The notes under the pieces: generated by a model
Database searches by the model: none
What the model saw: only the letters and a program-made list of their open reading frames with translations
Told to the model about the DNA's origin: nothing
Made by a program: the position numbers and the translations under genes
Source: Bacteroidota bacterium
Lineage (GTDB): Bacteria; Bacteroidota; Bacteroidia; UBA4408
DNA: 64,000 bases
Direction: 5' to 3'
Assembly: GCA_963169745.1 (NCBI GenBank)
Contig: CAUJCU010000010.1
Location: forward strand, 131,487-195,486
In this document: piece after piece, positions 17,701-28,091 of the stretch
Layout of the letters: each line of letters starts with the position of its first letter
Position numbering within the stretch: the stretch's first letter is position 1

Positions 17701-20358
17701 ATGGTTGAAGATTATAGAGACTCGGAGAACGAGGATAATGTTGATGATCATAACAACGTTCAAAATGTAATACCCATAAGTGGTATGTACCAAAACTGGT
17801 TTTTAGATTATGCCAGTTACGTAATTTTGGAAAGAGCTGTACCGGCCATTGAAGATGGTCTTAAGCCGGTTCAACGAAGAATATTGCATGCCATGTATGA
17901 ACTTGAAGATGGTCGCTACAACAAAGTTGCTAACGTAATTGGAAACTGCATGAAGTACCATCCTCATGGAGACGCATCTATTGGTGATGCTATGGTACAA
18001 TTAGGGCAAAAAGATTTATTAATTGACTGTCAGGGAAACTGGGGAAATATATTAACTGGTGATAGTGCTGCAGCACCTAGGTATATTGAAGCTCGATTAA
18101 GTAAATTTGGTCTTGATGTTGTTTTTAATCCCAAAACAACTGCATGGCAGGCATCTTATGATGGACGAAACAAAGAGCCCATAACACTGCCCGTTAAATT
18201 TCCTTTATTGTTAGCTCAAGGCGTTGAAGGTATAGCAGTGGGCTTGGCCTGTAAAATAATGCCGCATAACTTTAATGAGCTTATTGATGCCTCTATTGAT
18301 ATACTTAAAGGAAAAAAAGTAAACATTTTGCCCGACTTTCCTACCGGAGGATTAGCTGATTTTAGTAATTATAATAATGGTTTAAGAGGGGGTAAAATTA
18401 GAATCAGGGCAAAAATAAACCAACTCGATAAGAAAACATTAGTGATTACTGAAATTCCTTTTTCAACTACAACGGGTAGTTTAATGGAAAGTATTGTAAT
18501 TGCTAATGAAAAGGAAAAAATTAAAATCCGGAAAATAGAGGATAACACGGCTGGAAATGTAGAAATTGTTTTGCATCTACATCCAGGCATTTCTCCTGAC
18601 AAAACAATAGATGCACTGTATGCCTTTACCAACTGTGAAGTATCCATTTCTCCCAATGCCTGTATCATTGAAAATGATCGTCCGTATTTTGTGGGGGTTA
18701 ATGAAATGCTGAAATTATCAACCGAAAAAACACTCGAATTATTAAAACAAGAACTGAATATTCGTCTTAGTGAAATTGAAGAGTCTTGGCATTTTTCTTC
18801 TCTCGAAAAAATATTTATTGAAAAACGAATTTATCGAAATATTGAAGAGTGTGAAACTTGGGATGCCGTTATTTCAGCTATTGAAAAGGGCTTAAAGCCA
18901 TATAAAAAACATTTTAAACGCGATATTACAGTTGAGGATATTACAAAACTTACCGAAATAAAAATTAAGCGTATTTCAAAGTACGATAGTTTTAAAGCAG
19001 ATGAGCATTTGCGGAGTCTTGAGGAAGAACTAGAATTAGTAAAAGGCCACTTGAATAAACTTATTGATTACACCATTGAGTTTTTTAAGAATATAAAGAA
19101 AAAATATGGAAAAGGAAGAGAAAGAAAAACTGAAATTAAAGCTTTTGAGGTAATTAATGCCACTACAGTTGCTGTAGCCAATGAGAAGCTATACGTAAAC
19201 CGTGAAGAAGGTTTTGCAGGATATAATATGAAAAAAGATGAATACGTATGTGACTGTTCGGATATTGATGATATAATAGTTTTTAGAGAGGATGGAACCA
19301 TGAGTGTTTCAAAAGTTAATGATAAATCATTTGTTGGAAAAGGAATTATCCATATCAATGTGTTTCATAAAAATGACGATAGAACCATATACAACATGGT
19401 ATATCGTGATGGTACAAAAGGAAAATCATATATAAAAAGATTTGCAGTTAATGGAATTACACGCGATAAAGTTTATGACCTTACCAAAGGAACTAAAGGA
19501 TCTGAAGTTTTGTACTTTTCTGCTAATCCAAACGGTGAAGCCGAAATAATTAATGTGCTTCACAAACCACTCCCAGGGATTAGAAAATTACAATTTGATT
19601 ATGATTTTAGTTCCCTAGCAATAAAAGGGCGAAACAGCCAGGGAAATATACTCACTAATTACCCGATAAAGAAAATAATACTAAAAGAAAAAGGTCTTAG
19701 CACATTAGGCGCCTTAATGATTTGGTTTGATGATACCGTAAACCGACTTAACTCGGACGGGCGCGGTGTGCTTATCGGTCAATTTAGTGCTGACGATAGA
19801 ATATTGTGCATTACCCAATCTGGACATTATAGGCTAACGAGCTTTGATTTAAGCAATCATTTTGATGAGGATTTAATATTGATTGAAAAGTACAATCCAA
19901 GCACCATAGTTTCCGCTATATATTTTGAGGCAGTAAAAAAAGAATACTTTGTAAAAAGATTTGTTGTTGAGCCTACGGATAAAAAAGTAATTTTTATTGC
20001 TGAAACCGAAGGTTCAAGGTTGGAACTTGTAACTACTGCACAAAAACCAATAGTAGAACTGAAATTTCATAAGAAAAAGAATAATGAAACCCCCGATGAG
20101 GTTATTAATTTAGATGAGTTTATTGGTGTTAAAGGTTTAAAAGCCAAAGGAAATAGGCTTACCACAAATTCTATAAAAGAAATTAATAATATTAGTCCAC
20201 CTAATCCTGATGAGAGCAATACACATAATGAATTGGAAACTAATGAAGAATCAGAAAGTCATAATTTTGAGGCAGATTTTACTCGTTTGGAACAATTACG
20301 AAATATCCGTAAGAAGTTAGACAATATGGATACCCAAATGACCCTTGATTTAGAGTAA
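17701..20358 (+). CDS. parC: DNA topoisomerase IV subunit A
   Basis: N-terminal YASYVILERAVPAIEDGLKPVQRRILHAM. The KPVQRRI form is ParC-like, where GyrA has KPVHRRV. 885 aa. Confidence 0.7.
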   Translation: MVEDYRDSENEDNVDDHNNVQNVIPISGMYQNWFLDYASYVILERAVPAIEDGLKPVQRRILHAMYELEDGRYNKVANVIGNCMKYHPHGDASIGDAMVQLGQKDLLIDCQGNWGNILTGDSAAAPRYIEARLSKFGLDVVFNPKTTAWQASYDGRNKEPITLPVKFPLLLAQGVEGIAVGLACKIMPHNFNELIDASIDILKGKKVNILPDFPTGGLADFSNYNNGLRGGKIRIRAKINQLDKKTLVITEIPFSTTTGSLMESIVIANEKEKIKIRKIEDNTAGNVEIVLHLHPGISPDKTIDALYAFTNCEVSISPNACIIENDRPYFVGVNEMLKLSTEKTLELLKQELNIRLSEIEESWHFSSLEKIFIEKRIYRNIEECETWDAVISAIEKGLKPYKKHFKRDITVEDITKLTEIKIKRISKYDSFKADEHLRSLEEELELVKGHLNKLIDYTIEFFKNIKKKYGKGRERKTEIKAFEVINATTVAVANEKLYVNREEGFAGYNMKKDEYVCDCSDIDDIIVFREDGTMSVSKVNDKSFVGKGIIHINVFHKNDDRTIYNMVYRDGTKGKSYIKRFAVNGITRDKVYDLTKGTKGSEVLYFSANPNGEAEIINVLHKPLPGIRKLQFDYDFSSLAIKGRNSQGNILTNYPIKKIILKEKGLSTLGALMIWFDDTVNRLNSDGRGVLIGQFSADDRILCITQSGHYRLTSFDLSNHFDEDLILIEKYNPSTIVSAIYFEAVKKEYFVKRFVVEPTDKKVIFIAETEGSRLELVTTAQKPIVELKFHKKKNNETPDEVINLDEFIGVKGLKAKGNRLTTNSIKEINNISPPNPDESNTHNELETNEESESHNFEADFTRLEQLRNIRKKLDNMDTQMTLDLE

Positions 20359-21156
20359 ATGCCTCAAATAACTGATCAAATGGGCCGACTAGTGGAAATT
20401 ACTCAAAATCCACAGCGTATAGTTTCATTAGTTCCTTCACAAACCGAATTATTATATTATTTAGGACTTGAAAATCGTGTTGTGGGAATTACACGCTTTT
20501 GTGTACATCCCCCGAGTTGGCGATTGAATAAAAAAAATATTGGTGGAACTAAAAAGATAGATTTTAATAAAATAGCAGCCTTAAAACCTGATTTAATTAT
20601 TGGGAATAAAGAAGAAAACAACAAAAAAGAAATTGAACTATTAATGTCTCATTATCCGGTTTGGATGAGTGATATTGATACACTGGAACAAGCTCTTCAA
20701 ATGATTGAAAGTATTTCAAACATAACCCATGCTCAAGAAAAAGGCAAGACACTAATAAAGAAAATTAAAAAAGAATTTGAGCAGCTAAATTTTCCATCGG
20801 TAAAAGGGAAAAAAGTGGCATATTTTATATGGAAGGAGCCTTATATGGTGGTCGGTAAAAATTGCTTTATTACGGATATTTTACATCAAATTGGATTAAA
20901 AAATGTTTTTGAGAATTTTGAAAACTCAGCAAGCGGAACACGTTATCCTACAATTTCTAAAGATGATTTGGGGCAAGCCAACCCAGAATTAATTTTTTTA
21001 TCTACAGAACCTTATCCTTTTAATGAAAAGCACATTACAATTTTTAAAGAGATTTGCCCGCAATCAGAAGTTAAAATTGTAGATGGTGAAATGTTTGGGT
21101 GGTACGGGTCACGTTTGGCATTTTTAGTAAGCTATTTAAAAACAATTTTTAAATAA
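20359..21156 (+). CDS. Class III periplasmic-binding-protein fold, cobalamin/iron-siderophore (BtuF-like) ABC substrate-binding protein
   Basis: RIVSLVPSQTELLYYLGLENRVVGITRFC is the typical BtuF/FhuD N-lobe motif. The ATG directly abuts the parC stop (TAAATG). Confidence 0.6.
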   Translation: MPQITDQMGRLVEITQNPQRIVSLVPSQTELLYYLGLENRVVGITRFCVHPPSWRLNKKNIGGTKKIDFNKIAALKPDLIIGNKEENNKKEIELLMSHYPVWMSDIDTLEQALQMIESISNITHAQEKGKTLIKKIKKEFEQLNFPSVKGKKVAYFIWKEPYMVVGKNCFITDILHQIGLKNVFENFENSASGTRYPTISKDDLGQANPELIFLSTEPYPFNEKHITIFKEICPQSEVKIVDGEMFGWYGSRLAFLVSYLKTIFK

Positions 21157-21185
21157 AAAAGCCCTGAAAAACAGGGCTTTTTTTA
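21153..21185. terminator. Bidirectional rho-independent terminator between convergent genes
   Basis: aaaaaaGCCCTGaaaaaCAGGGCttttttt. The stem is flanked by an A-tract and a T-tract. Confidence 0.7.
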
Positions 21186-21202
21186 TGATAGTAATACAAA
21201 AA

Positions 21203-22276
21203 TTACTTAACTACCTGAATTTTTCCTTGATGATAATTCCCATTTTCACTGTTCATGATATGGTAAAAATAAAATCCTTGTGGCATATCAGAAACATCAA
21301 TTTTAATAGTGCTCCCTATATCTGATAGGTTTTTATCGTAAACCATTTTTCCAGTAATATCAAAAATCTGAATAGTAGATTGCGCCTGAATGTGATTCAA
21401 ATAAATTACATCTTTTGTAGGGTTAGGGTAGGCTGTTACCGGAATAAACGAAGAGCTATTTGTAGATACAATAACTGTAGGGTCGTAATAAGCAGCACTA
21501 ATTGGCTGTCCGCTGATCGGGTCAACATCAATGGTCATTACCAGACAGTGTGGATTCTCTTGTACAAAAAGGTATGTAGCGGAAGAGTCATGCACGTCAA
21601 CATCGGGAGGCATAGGAACTCCTGTATAGGTTGTTGAGTCAATTTGATAGGTAGTATGTTTTATTCTAAGAATATTATTGAGCGTACCTATGGGTGTAAT
21701 TAAAGTGCCTGTCCCATCAGCTTCAAAATTTTGAACTGTATAGGATTTAATACTAACACTTATCCCAGGAGGTATATTTGCGTTTATTTCAAATTTTGCA
21801 GTATGATCACGAGTGCTACCAAAACTAAAAGGTGTTGGAATTATCAATCTGTCAGGGTTCCAATCTACGTAATTCTGAAAAAAACCTGAGGCACTATCTG
21901 CAAATAATCCTTGTTCATAATAACCATCATAGTAAAGTCCGGTAGCATTCGTTTTTACAAACATTGCTGCTGAGTCAATTGGGTCAGTTAAAATGACCAT
22001 ACTTGAACCAGGGAAAGTTGTGGCTGCATTCATGTATGCAGGAGCAGTACTAACATTGTTAAAAATTAGTCCTGATGTATCGGACACAACAAAGGAACTA
22101 GAATAATCCCAATTTTGCCCCTGACCAGCCGGTGTAACCGTTATTAATGAAGCTGTAGTATCTTCAAAGCCTAACCAAATTTCACCAACATTGGGTAAAT
22201 TGGCCGGTGTAATAGTTTGCGCTTGTGAAATGCCAAAAGCACCAAAAACTGTAACTAAAGTAAAAAATTTCTTCAT
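21203..22276 (-). CDS. T9SS C-terminal-sorting-domain cargo protein (passenger unrelated to the tandem pair)
   Basis: Signal peptide MKKFFTLVTVFGAFGISQAQ. C-terminal AYPNPTKDVIYLNHI...IQIFDITGKMV...GFYFYHI T9SS CTD. Confidence 0.7.
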   Translation of the reverse strand: MKKFFTLVTVFGAFGISQAQTITPANLPNVGEIWLGFEDTTASLITVTPAGQGQNWDYSSSFVVSDTSGLIFNNVSTAPAYMNAATTFPGSSMVILTDPIDSAAMFVKTNATGLYYDGYYEQGLFADSASGFFQNYVDWNPDRLIIPTPFSFGSTRDHTAKFEINANIPPGISVSIKSYTVQNFEADGTGTLITPIGTLNNILRIKHTTYQIDSTTYTGVPMPPDVDVHDSSATYLFVQENPHCLVMTIDVDPISGQPISAAYYDPTVIVSTNSSSFIPVTAYPNPTKDVIYLNHIQAQSTIQIFDITGKMVYDKNLSDIGSTIKIDVSDMPQGFYFYHIMNSENGNYHQGKIQVVK

Positions 22277-22503
22277 TTTTATTGTTTTTAATTTGCTACA
22301 AATATAATACCTTTTGTTAAGAAAATTTTGTGTTTATGAATTCATATTGTTAAAATAAATTGTTTTGGTAAATAAGATAAATAGTAAGTTGACTGTATTA
22401 ATAATGTGAAAAAATCTTGTATTGCAATTCCTGTTTGATGTGCCATTCATACTCTCGTTGCATAAATGTTTCCCTATCTTTGCTTTGACTAATAACATAA
22501 ATT

Positions 22504-23499
22504 ATGCAATTTCAACTATATAACCCATTTGAGAATATGAACTTTGATGTAGAAACGTGCTTTTTATCAGGCGTTTCTCTTTCTGATTTAGCTACTCAAA
22601 AAATAACTGTTTTTCCACAATGGATAATAGAGCGTTTTCAGCTAGATGATAAGCGGTTTAAGCTTATGAATAGTGTTTCGGCCATACCTTACTCTAAATT
22701 TTACTTACCGGCTTGCCAAGCTGTAATTGACGCTATGAATAAGCTAGATGATGAGATTCAAAAAGCATTCAATAAGGGATATGATAAGGTTAAAGAATTG
22801 CCTGAAGAAAAATTGTTTCTGTGGTCAGCTCGCATGATATACGGTGTATTGTATCATGATTTAAAATTAGAACAGGATAATCATCAACGGCAAAATTCTG
22901 AATTTAAGTTGTCGCATCAATTAAGTGAGCGCTTTGCATTATTTCATTTAATGATACAAGCATTGATAACACCTATCAACTTTGGGCAACCAAAACCCTG
23001 GAGCATAGTAGTGGTAAAACTTAAGTACTCGAAAGATATTTTTAATTATTATGACGATACTGTAAGACTTGTTTTTACACTTGGATTAAACGACTTGGGT
23101 ATCATTGCAATTATGCAGGACGGTGGTTTTGTGAAACGACATGAACAGCCCTTATTAAATAAAATTAATACAGCAGTTTTACATCCTATACAATTTGAGG
23201 AACTTAAAGCGCGTTTTATTTACTATAACTATTTACTACAAATAAAACCTTGTTTTGATTTTAAAGAAAATAAATCCCAAATATTAATTAACACATTACC
23301 GCATGCGGTAAAAGAAAATACTCCCGTATTTGCTTCATGGGATGATAATATGTTTGCCGATGTGCTAACGGAATTCTGGAAACCTTGGGGCTTTCAAAAA
23401 AAGGATATACGAACAGCCCCCAATGCGCCTATTAGTTTTTTAGAGAACGAAAGAACTTATGCGTTTATCAGTCCTGAAAGTATTGACCAGCCTTTTTAA
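22504..23499 (+). CDS. Hypothetical cytoplasmic protein (no recognisable family)
   Basis: 331-aa ORF with balanced composition and no signal peptide or TM segments. Coding likelihood is judged from length and composition only. Confidence 0.45.
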   Translation: MQFQLYNPFENMNFDVETCFLSGVSLSDLATQKITVFPQWIIERFQLDDKRFKLMNSVSAIPYSKFYLPACQAVIDAMNKLDDEIQKAFNKGYDKVKELPEEKLFLWSARMIYGVLYHDLKLEQDNHQRQNSEFKLSHQLSERFALFHLMIQALITPINFGQPKPWSIVVVKLKYSKDIFNYYDDTVRLVFTLGLNDLGIIAIMQDGGFVKRHEQPLLNKINTAVLHPIQFEELKARFIYYNYLLQIKPCFDFKENKSQILINTLPHAVKENTPVFASWDDNMFADVLTEFWKPWGFQKKDIRTAPNAPISFLENERTYAFISPESIDQPF

Positions 23500-24272
23500 T
23501 CTGCTTCATAATCAAACAACTTGTATAATATTGGTTTTGAAGGTGTAGCATCATTTTCAAATGAGGCTATTTGCAGATTGAGCAGGTAGAGCCCATCAAG
23601 AACACTATCTGGAACATAAATAAGCTCTGTAATGGTTCTGTGTTTTTGTGTGTTTTGCGGATACTCCCAGAAACTATGATGTGCAGCCAATTTACCGGAA
23701 TCAAATTCTTTATCTACTGAAGGTAAATCAACAAGTAAATGTTTTATTCCTTTGCCCGTAAGATAGGATACGGCTTGGGCATCAATATAGGCTGGATTAG
23801 TGCCTGAGTATTTTTTAAACAGCTTTTCTGATGTATTGGGCAAGGTTCTTATTACAAGAGCCTGAGCAGCATTGTTAAAGGCTAATTTTTGAACCTGTTC
23901 GGAGGTAATAACCCAATCATGTCCTATAGCTTCAGGAGTTATGCTAACTACTTGCGAAAGAAAGAAAAATTGTTTAAGACACTGATTTATAGAATAAGTT
24001 TCTGAACTAATATGGCCCACACATTCGGTATGGGTGCCATGCCCATGTGGATTAAAACAAATATCTCTAAAATTAACAGATCCTCCATTGTTAACATCAC
24101 CTATCCATGTTTCGTTAACTACAGGTTTTATAACCATATCGGGCACAAACCAGGCATGAATATTTTGTGATCCGGCATTTAATGGAGCCGAAATATCAAT
24201 AGGTTCGAGCAAATTTGCAATAAATTTTTTTTGGTTAAAAGTAACCATGCAGTTTAACTGAATATTGTGCAT
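23496..24272 (-). CDS. Cyclase-family / arylformamidase-like metal-dependent hydrolase (tentative)
   Basis: NPHGHGTHTECVGH resembles the HxGTHxDxPxH motif of the cyclase (kynurenine formamidase) family, with substitutions. Confidence 0.4.
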   Translation of the reverse strand: MHNIQLNCMVTFNQKKFIANLLEPIDISAPLNAGSQNIHAWFVPDMVIKPVVNETWIGDVNNGGSVNFRDICFNPHGHGTHTECVGHISSETYSINQCLKQFFFLSQVVSITPEAIGHDWVITSEQVQKLAFNNAAQALVIRTLPNTSEKLFKKYSGTNPAYIDAQAVSYLTGKGIKHLLVDLPSVDKEFDSGKLAAHHSFWEYPQNTQKHRTITELIYVPDSVLDGLYLLNLQIASFENDATPSKPILYKLFDYEAD

Positions 24273-24470
24273 AACAAGAACCTTTAAGTATGATGAAAAA
24301 CAAAAGTAACGCTTTTATAATTTGGGCTAACTTCTAAATTGTTTAATGTTCTCAAACAAAACACATTGAAAAAGCCTTTATCGAATATTAAATTTTTCGA
24401 TTAAAATTAAGTATTGTATCTCTAAAAAAAGTACCTTTGCTCCACAAAAAATTATAAATAAAAAGAACTG

Positions 24471-25352
24471 ATGGGCGTTTTAGTCAATAAAAAATCAAAA
24501 GTAATAGTACAAGGTTTCACTGGTAGCGAGGGTACTTTTCATGCTACTCAAATGATTGAATTTGGGACCAATGTGGTTGGTGGTGTAACTCCGGGAAAAG
24601 GAGGTCAAAAACACCTTGATAAACCTGTTTTTAATACTGTAGCTCAGGCAGTTTCTGAAGCTCAAGCAGATACTTCTATTATTTTTGTTCCACCGGCTTT
24701 TGCTGCTGATGCTATTATGGAGGCAGCCGAAGCAGGCATAAAAGTAATAATTTGTATTACCGAAGGCATTCCTACTAAAGATATGATACAAGTAAAGGAA
24801 TATTTGAAAGATAAAGATTGCCGTTTAGTGGGACCTAATTGTCCTGGTGTTATTACTGCTGGTGAAGCCAAAGTAGGAATTATGCCCGGTTTTGTTTTTA
24901 AAAAAGGAAAGATAGGTATTGTTTCTAAATCAGGTACTCTTACATACGAAGCTGCTGATCAGGTTGTTAAGTCAGGTTTGGGAATTAGTACAGCTATTGG
25001 AATTGGAGGTGATCCTATAATTGGAACAACAACCAAAGAAGCCGTAGAGTTATTGATGAACGACCCTGAAACTGATGGTATTATAATGATTGGAGAAATA
25101 GGAGGGGGAATGGAGGCTGAAGCAGCACGTTGGATTAAAAATAATGCCACAAAGCCGGTAGTTGGTTTTATAGCCGGTCAAACAGCTCCTCCTGGACGCA
25201 GAATGGGTCATGCCGGTGCTATTGTTGGTGGGGCTGACGATACTGCTGCTGCTAAAATGAAAATAATGAGATCGTGTGGGATTACAGTAGTTGACAGTCC
25301 GGCAGGTATAGGAGCTGCAATGGCACAGGCCTTGGAGACTATAAAAGCCTAA
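24471..25352 (+). CDS. sucD: Succinate--CoA ligase [ADP-forming] subunit alpha
   Basis: [36 protein letters not shown], the phospho-His loop GHAGAI and SRSGTLTYE-like motifs ([11 protein letters not shown]) are canonical SucD. Confidence 0.9.
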   Translation: MGVLVNKKSKVIVQGFTGSEGTFHATQMIEFGTNVVGGVTPGKGGQKHLDKPVFNTVAQAVSEAQADTSIIFVPPAFAADAIMEAAEAGIKVIICITEGIPTKDMIQVKEYLKDKDCRLVGPNCPGVITAGEAKVGIMPGFVFKKGKIGIVSKSGTLTYEAADQVVKSGLGISTAIGIGGDPIIGTTTKEAVELLMNDPETDGIIMIGEIGGGMEAEAARWIKNNATKPVVGFIAGQTAPPGRRMGHAGAIVGGADDTAAAKMKIMRSCGITVVDSPAGIGAAMAQALETIKA

Positions 25353-25393
25353 GCAATTTACATTAATTTTGATTTTTGATTATTAATTTATTA

Positions 25394-25427
25394 CAAGCAC
25401 TCTCATTTAGGGAGTGCTTGTTTTTTT
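25394..25427 (+). terminator. Rho-independent terminator after sucD
   Basis: CAAGCACTCtcatttagGGAGTGCTTGttttttt. 9-bp stem plus a 7-nt T-tract. Confidence 0.7.
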
Positions 25428-25430
25428 GAC

Positions 25431-26177
25431 ATGTGTGCACTTTTTACAGGAAATAGTTTAATCCTTTTAGACGATGTTGAATCTACCAATTCGTATCTTG
25501 CTAATTTAACACAGCAACAAAAATTGGCTGATGGAACTGTTGTATGGGCGCAGTTTCAGTGGGCAGGTAAAGGACAAAGAGAAAACCATTGGCAGAGCGA
25601 AAAAGGAAAAAACTTAACTTTCTCCATTTTGTATTTCCCAAAAAATATAAAGGTAGGACAAGAGTTCTTGTTGATGCAAAGTGTTTCGGTTGGAATTGCA
25701 AAGTATCTAAAACAATATTGTGATGCAGTAAAAGTAAAATGGCCCAATGATATTTATGTTGCAGAAAGGAAAATTGCCGGCATTCTCATTGAAAATAATA
25801 TTAAAGGCGAACACTTATCACAGGTAATAATTGGCGTGGGCTTAAATGTAAATCAACAACATTTTTTTGAACTGTCTTCCAAAGCCACTTCGCTAGCCAA
25901 AGAATTGAATTATTTTATGGTATTAAAAGAAACTTTTGATTCGCTACTCACTGCCATCGAAAATGCTTACCTACAATGGCAATATGGAAACAACAAAACG
26001 ACAGAGCAGAACTACTTAAAACTCTTATATAAACTTCATGAGTGGCATGAATATACCTTGCCAGAAGGTAAAAAATTATGGGGTAAAATAGTTGCAGTAT
26101 TGCCATCTGGACACCTTGAAGTTGAAACCCGTAATGGCGAAAAACTACATTTTGCTCATAAAGAAATTATTTTTTAG
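25431..26177 (+). CDS. birA: Biotin--[acetyl-CoA-carboxylase] ligase, group I (no N-terminal HTH)
   Basis: KWPNDIYVAERKIAGILIE (biotin-binding GRGRxG-region equivalent QWAGKGQREN). 248 aa, so it lacks a DNA-binding domain. Confidence 0.85.
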   Translation: MCALFTGNSLILLDDVESTNSYLANLTQQQKLADGTVVWAQFQWAGKGQRENHWQSEKGKNLTFSILYFPKNIKVGQEFLLMQSVSVGIAKYLKQYCDAVKVKWPNDIYVAERKIAGILIENNIKGEHLSQVIIGVGLNVNQQHFFELSSKATSLAKELNYFMVLKETFDSLLTAIENAYLQWQYGNNKTTEQNYLKLLYKLHEWHEYTLPEGKKLWGKIVAVLPSGHLEVETRNGEKLHFAHKEIIF

Positions 26178-26408
26178 GAGGGAGTTAAAAATAAGTACGA
26201 TTCGACTTAATTTCATAAATTTATTAGGGCTCAATAAAAATAATATTTGTTATGGTTTTTATTTGTCGACCTTTATTCATGCTTTATACTTTTTGAAAAG
26301 GCAAAAATATAATTAGAAAAAAAATTTAAAGCCCCGTTTTTAATTATAAACAGGGTTATTTATTTAAATTTTTATACCTTAGTGTAAAAAATACACTATA
26401 TTTGTTTT

Positions 26409-28034
26409 ATGAATAACAGTAATTTACTTAATCCTTTTTTCTTCCCCGAACATAAGGATATTCCTGAGTTGTATCGCATAGCAGCTATAGAACAAAAAAG
26501 TTATTTAGTTAACGGTGTCATGAAAACTTGGCAGGGTGCAATGCAAGAGGTTTTTTCACCAATATATATACATCACGATGGTAAATTAGAACCCAAACGT
26601 TTAGGTTCATATCCATTGTTAAATAGAACAGCTTCTTTAGAGGTTTTAAAGAGTGCTCAAGAGGCATATCACTCGGGCAAAGGGAAGTGGCCTACCATGA
26701 GTGTAAAGAGTCGTATTGCTTGCATCATGCAATTTGTAAAACTTATGAAAGAGCAGCGTACACATGTGGTGCACCTGTTGATGTGGGAAATTGGGAAGTC
26801 ATTAAAAGATTCAGAGAAGGAGTTTGATCGCACTGTAGAGTATATTATTGATACAGTGGCTGCATTAAAAGATTTAGACCGAGATTCGAGTCGCTTAAAA
26901 AAAGAGCAAGGGATTTATGCACAGATCAGACGAGGTCCTTTGGGTGTGGTACTTTGTATGGGACCTTATAATTACCCACTCAATGAAACATTTTGTACAC
27001 TAATTCCTGCACTAATTATGGGGAATACGGTAATTTTAAAACCTGCAAAAATTGGGATATTGCTACTTTCGCCTTTGCTCGAAGCTTTTCAGAAAAGCTT
27101 TCCACCGGGTGTTATTAATGTTATTTATGGGCATGGGCGAGACACCGTAGGTACTATTATGGAAACAGGAAAAGTTGATGTGTTTGCCTTTATAGGCAGT
27201 AGTAAAACAGCTAATATTCTTAAGAAGTTGCATCCTAAGCCTAATAGGTTACGCTCCGTTTTAGGACTTGAAGCAAAAAACCCTGCTATAGTTTTGCCTG
27301 ATGCCGATATTTCGTTAGCCGTTGAAGAATGTATATTGGGTTCTTTGAGTTTTAACGGACAACGGTGCACTGCAATAAAAATAATTTTTGTACAGGAACA
27401 AATTAAGGAACAGTTTATTCAATTGTATCTGGAGCGATTAGAAAAATTAAAATTTGGAATGCCTTGGGAACAAGATGTAATGCTAACACCACTTCCTGAA
27501 CATGATAAACCAGCCTACTTAAGCGAGCTTATTAATGACGCCATGCAGCACGGAGCACAAGTTTTAAATAAAAATGGTGGCTTAACTCAGAATAGCTTTG
27601 TGTATCCTGCCGTATTGTATCCTGTAAATGACAAAATGCGAATATATAATGAGGAGCAATTTGGCCCTATTGTACCCATACTTTCTTTTAAAAATATAAA
27701 TGAACCTATTGATTATATGGTTTCTTCAAACTTTGGCCAGCAAGTAAGTATTTTTGGAACCAATGCCGAGAATATGGCTCATCTTATTGACCCTTTGGTA
27801 AATCAGGTTTGCAGAGTTAATATAAACAGTCAATGTCAGCGGGGACCTGATGTGTATCCGTTTAACGGGCGTAAAGACTCTGCCGAAGGCACACTGAGTG
27901 TTAGCGATGCTCTGCGTGTGTTCAGTATCCGCACTATGGTGGCAGGAAAAGAGAATGAAGGCAATAAGAAGTTGCTTACAGAAATTCTGGAGGGAAGAAA
28001 AAGTAATTTCTTATCTACCGATTTTATTTTATAA
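26409..28034 (+). CDS. Aldehyde dehydrogenase family protein (NAD(P)+-dependent)
   Basis: Catalytic Cys motif [10 protein letters not shown], Glu motif [11 protein letters not shown] and nucleotide-binding GSSKTANIL are all present. 541 aa is longer than typical ALDHs. Confidence 0.75.
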   Translation: MNNSNLLNPFFFPEHKDIPELYRIAAIEQKSYLVNGVMKTWQGAMQEVFSPIYIHHDGKLEPKRLGSYPLLNRTASLEVLKSAQEAYHSGKGKWPTMSVKSRIACIMQFVKLMKEQRTHVVHLLMWEIGKSLKDSEKEFDRTVEYIIDTVAALKDLDRDSSRLKKEQGIYAQIRRGPLGVVLCMGPYNYPLNETFCTLIPALIMGNTVILKPAKIGILLLSPLLEAFQKSFPPGVINVIYGHGRDTVGTIMETGKVDVFAFIGSSKTANILKKLHPKPNRLRSVLGLEAKNPAIVLPDADISLAVEECILGSLSFNGQRCTAIKIIFVQEQIKEQFIQLYLERLEKLKFGMPWEQDVMLTPLPEHDKPAYLSELINDAMQHGAQVLNKNGGLTQNSFVYPAVLYPVNDKMRIYNEEQFGPIVPILSFKNINEPIDYMVSSNFGQQVSIFGTNAENMAHLIDPLVNQVCRVNINSQCQRGPDVYPFNGRKDSAEGTLSVSDALRVFSIRTMVAGKENEGNKKLLTEILEGRKSNFLSTDFIL

Positions 28035-28091
28035 ACTTTCATACTTTTAAATTTTATTTTCAAATTATACTAATTAGCAAACCCCAATATT

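Noticed and set aside
17701-20358. Alternative call as DNA gyrase subunit A
   Set aside because: The active-site-proximal motif reads KPVQRRI (ParC-type) where GyrA has KPVHRRV, and no GyrA-box is evident. The parC call is kept, at moderate confidence.
26092-26316. 74-aa ORF spanning the birA 3' end and downstream spacer
   Set aside because: It overlaps birA in another frame and continues into an AT-rich spacer. It has no plausible RBS or promoter and poor composition.
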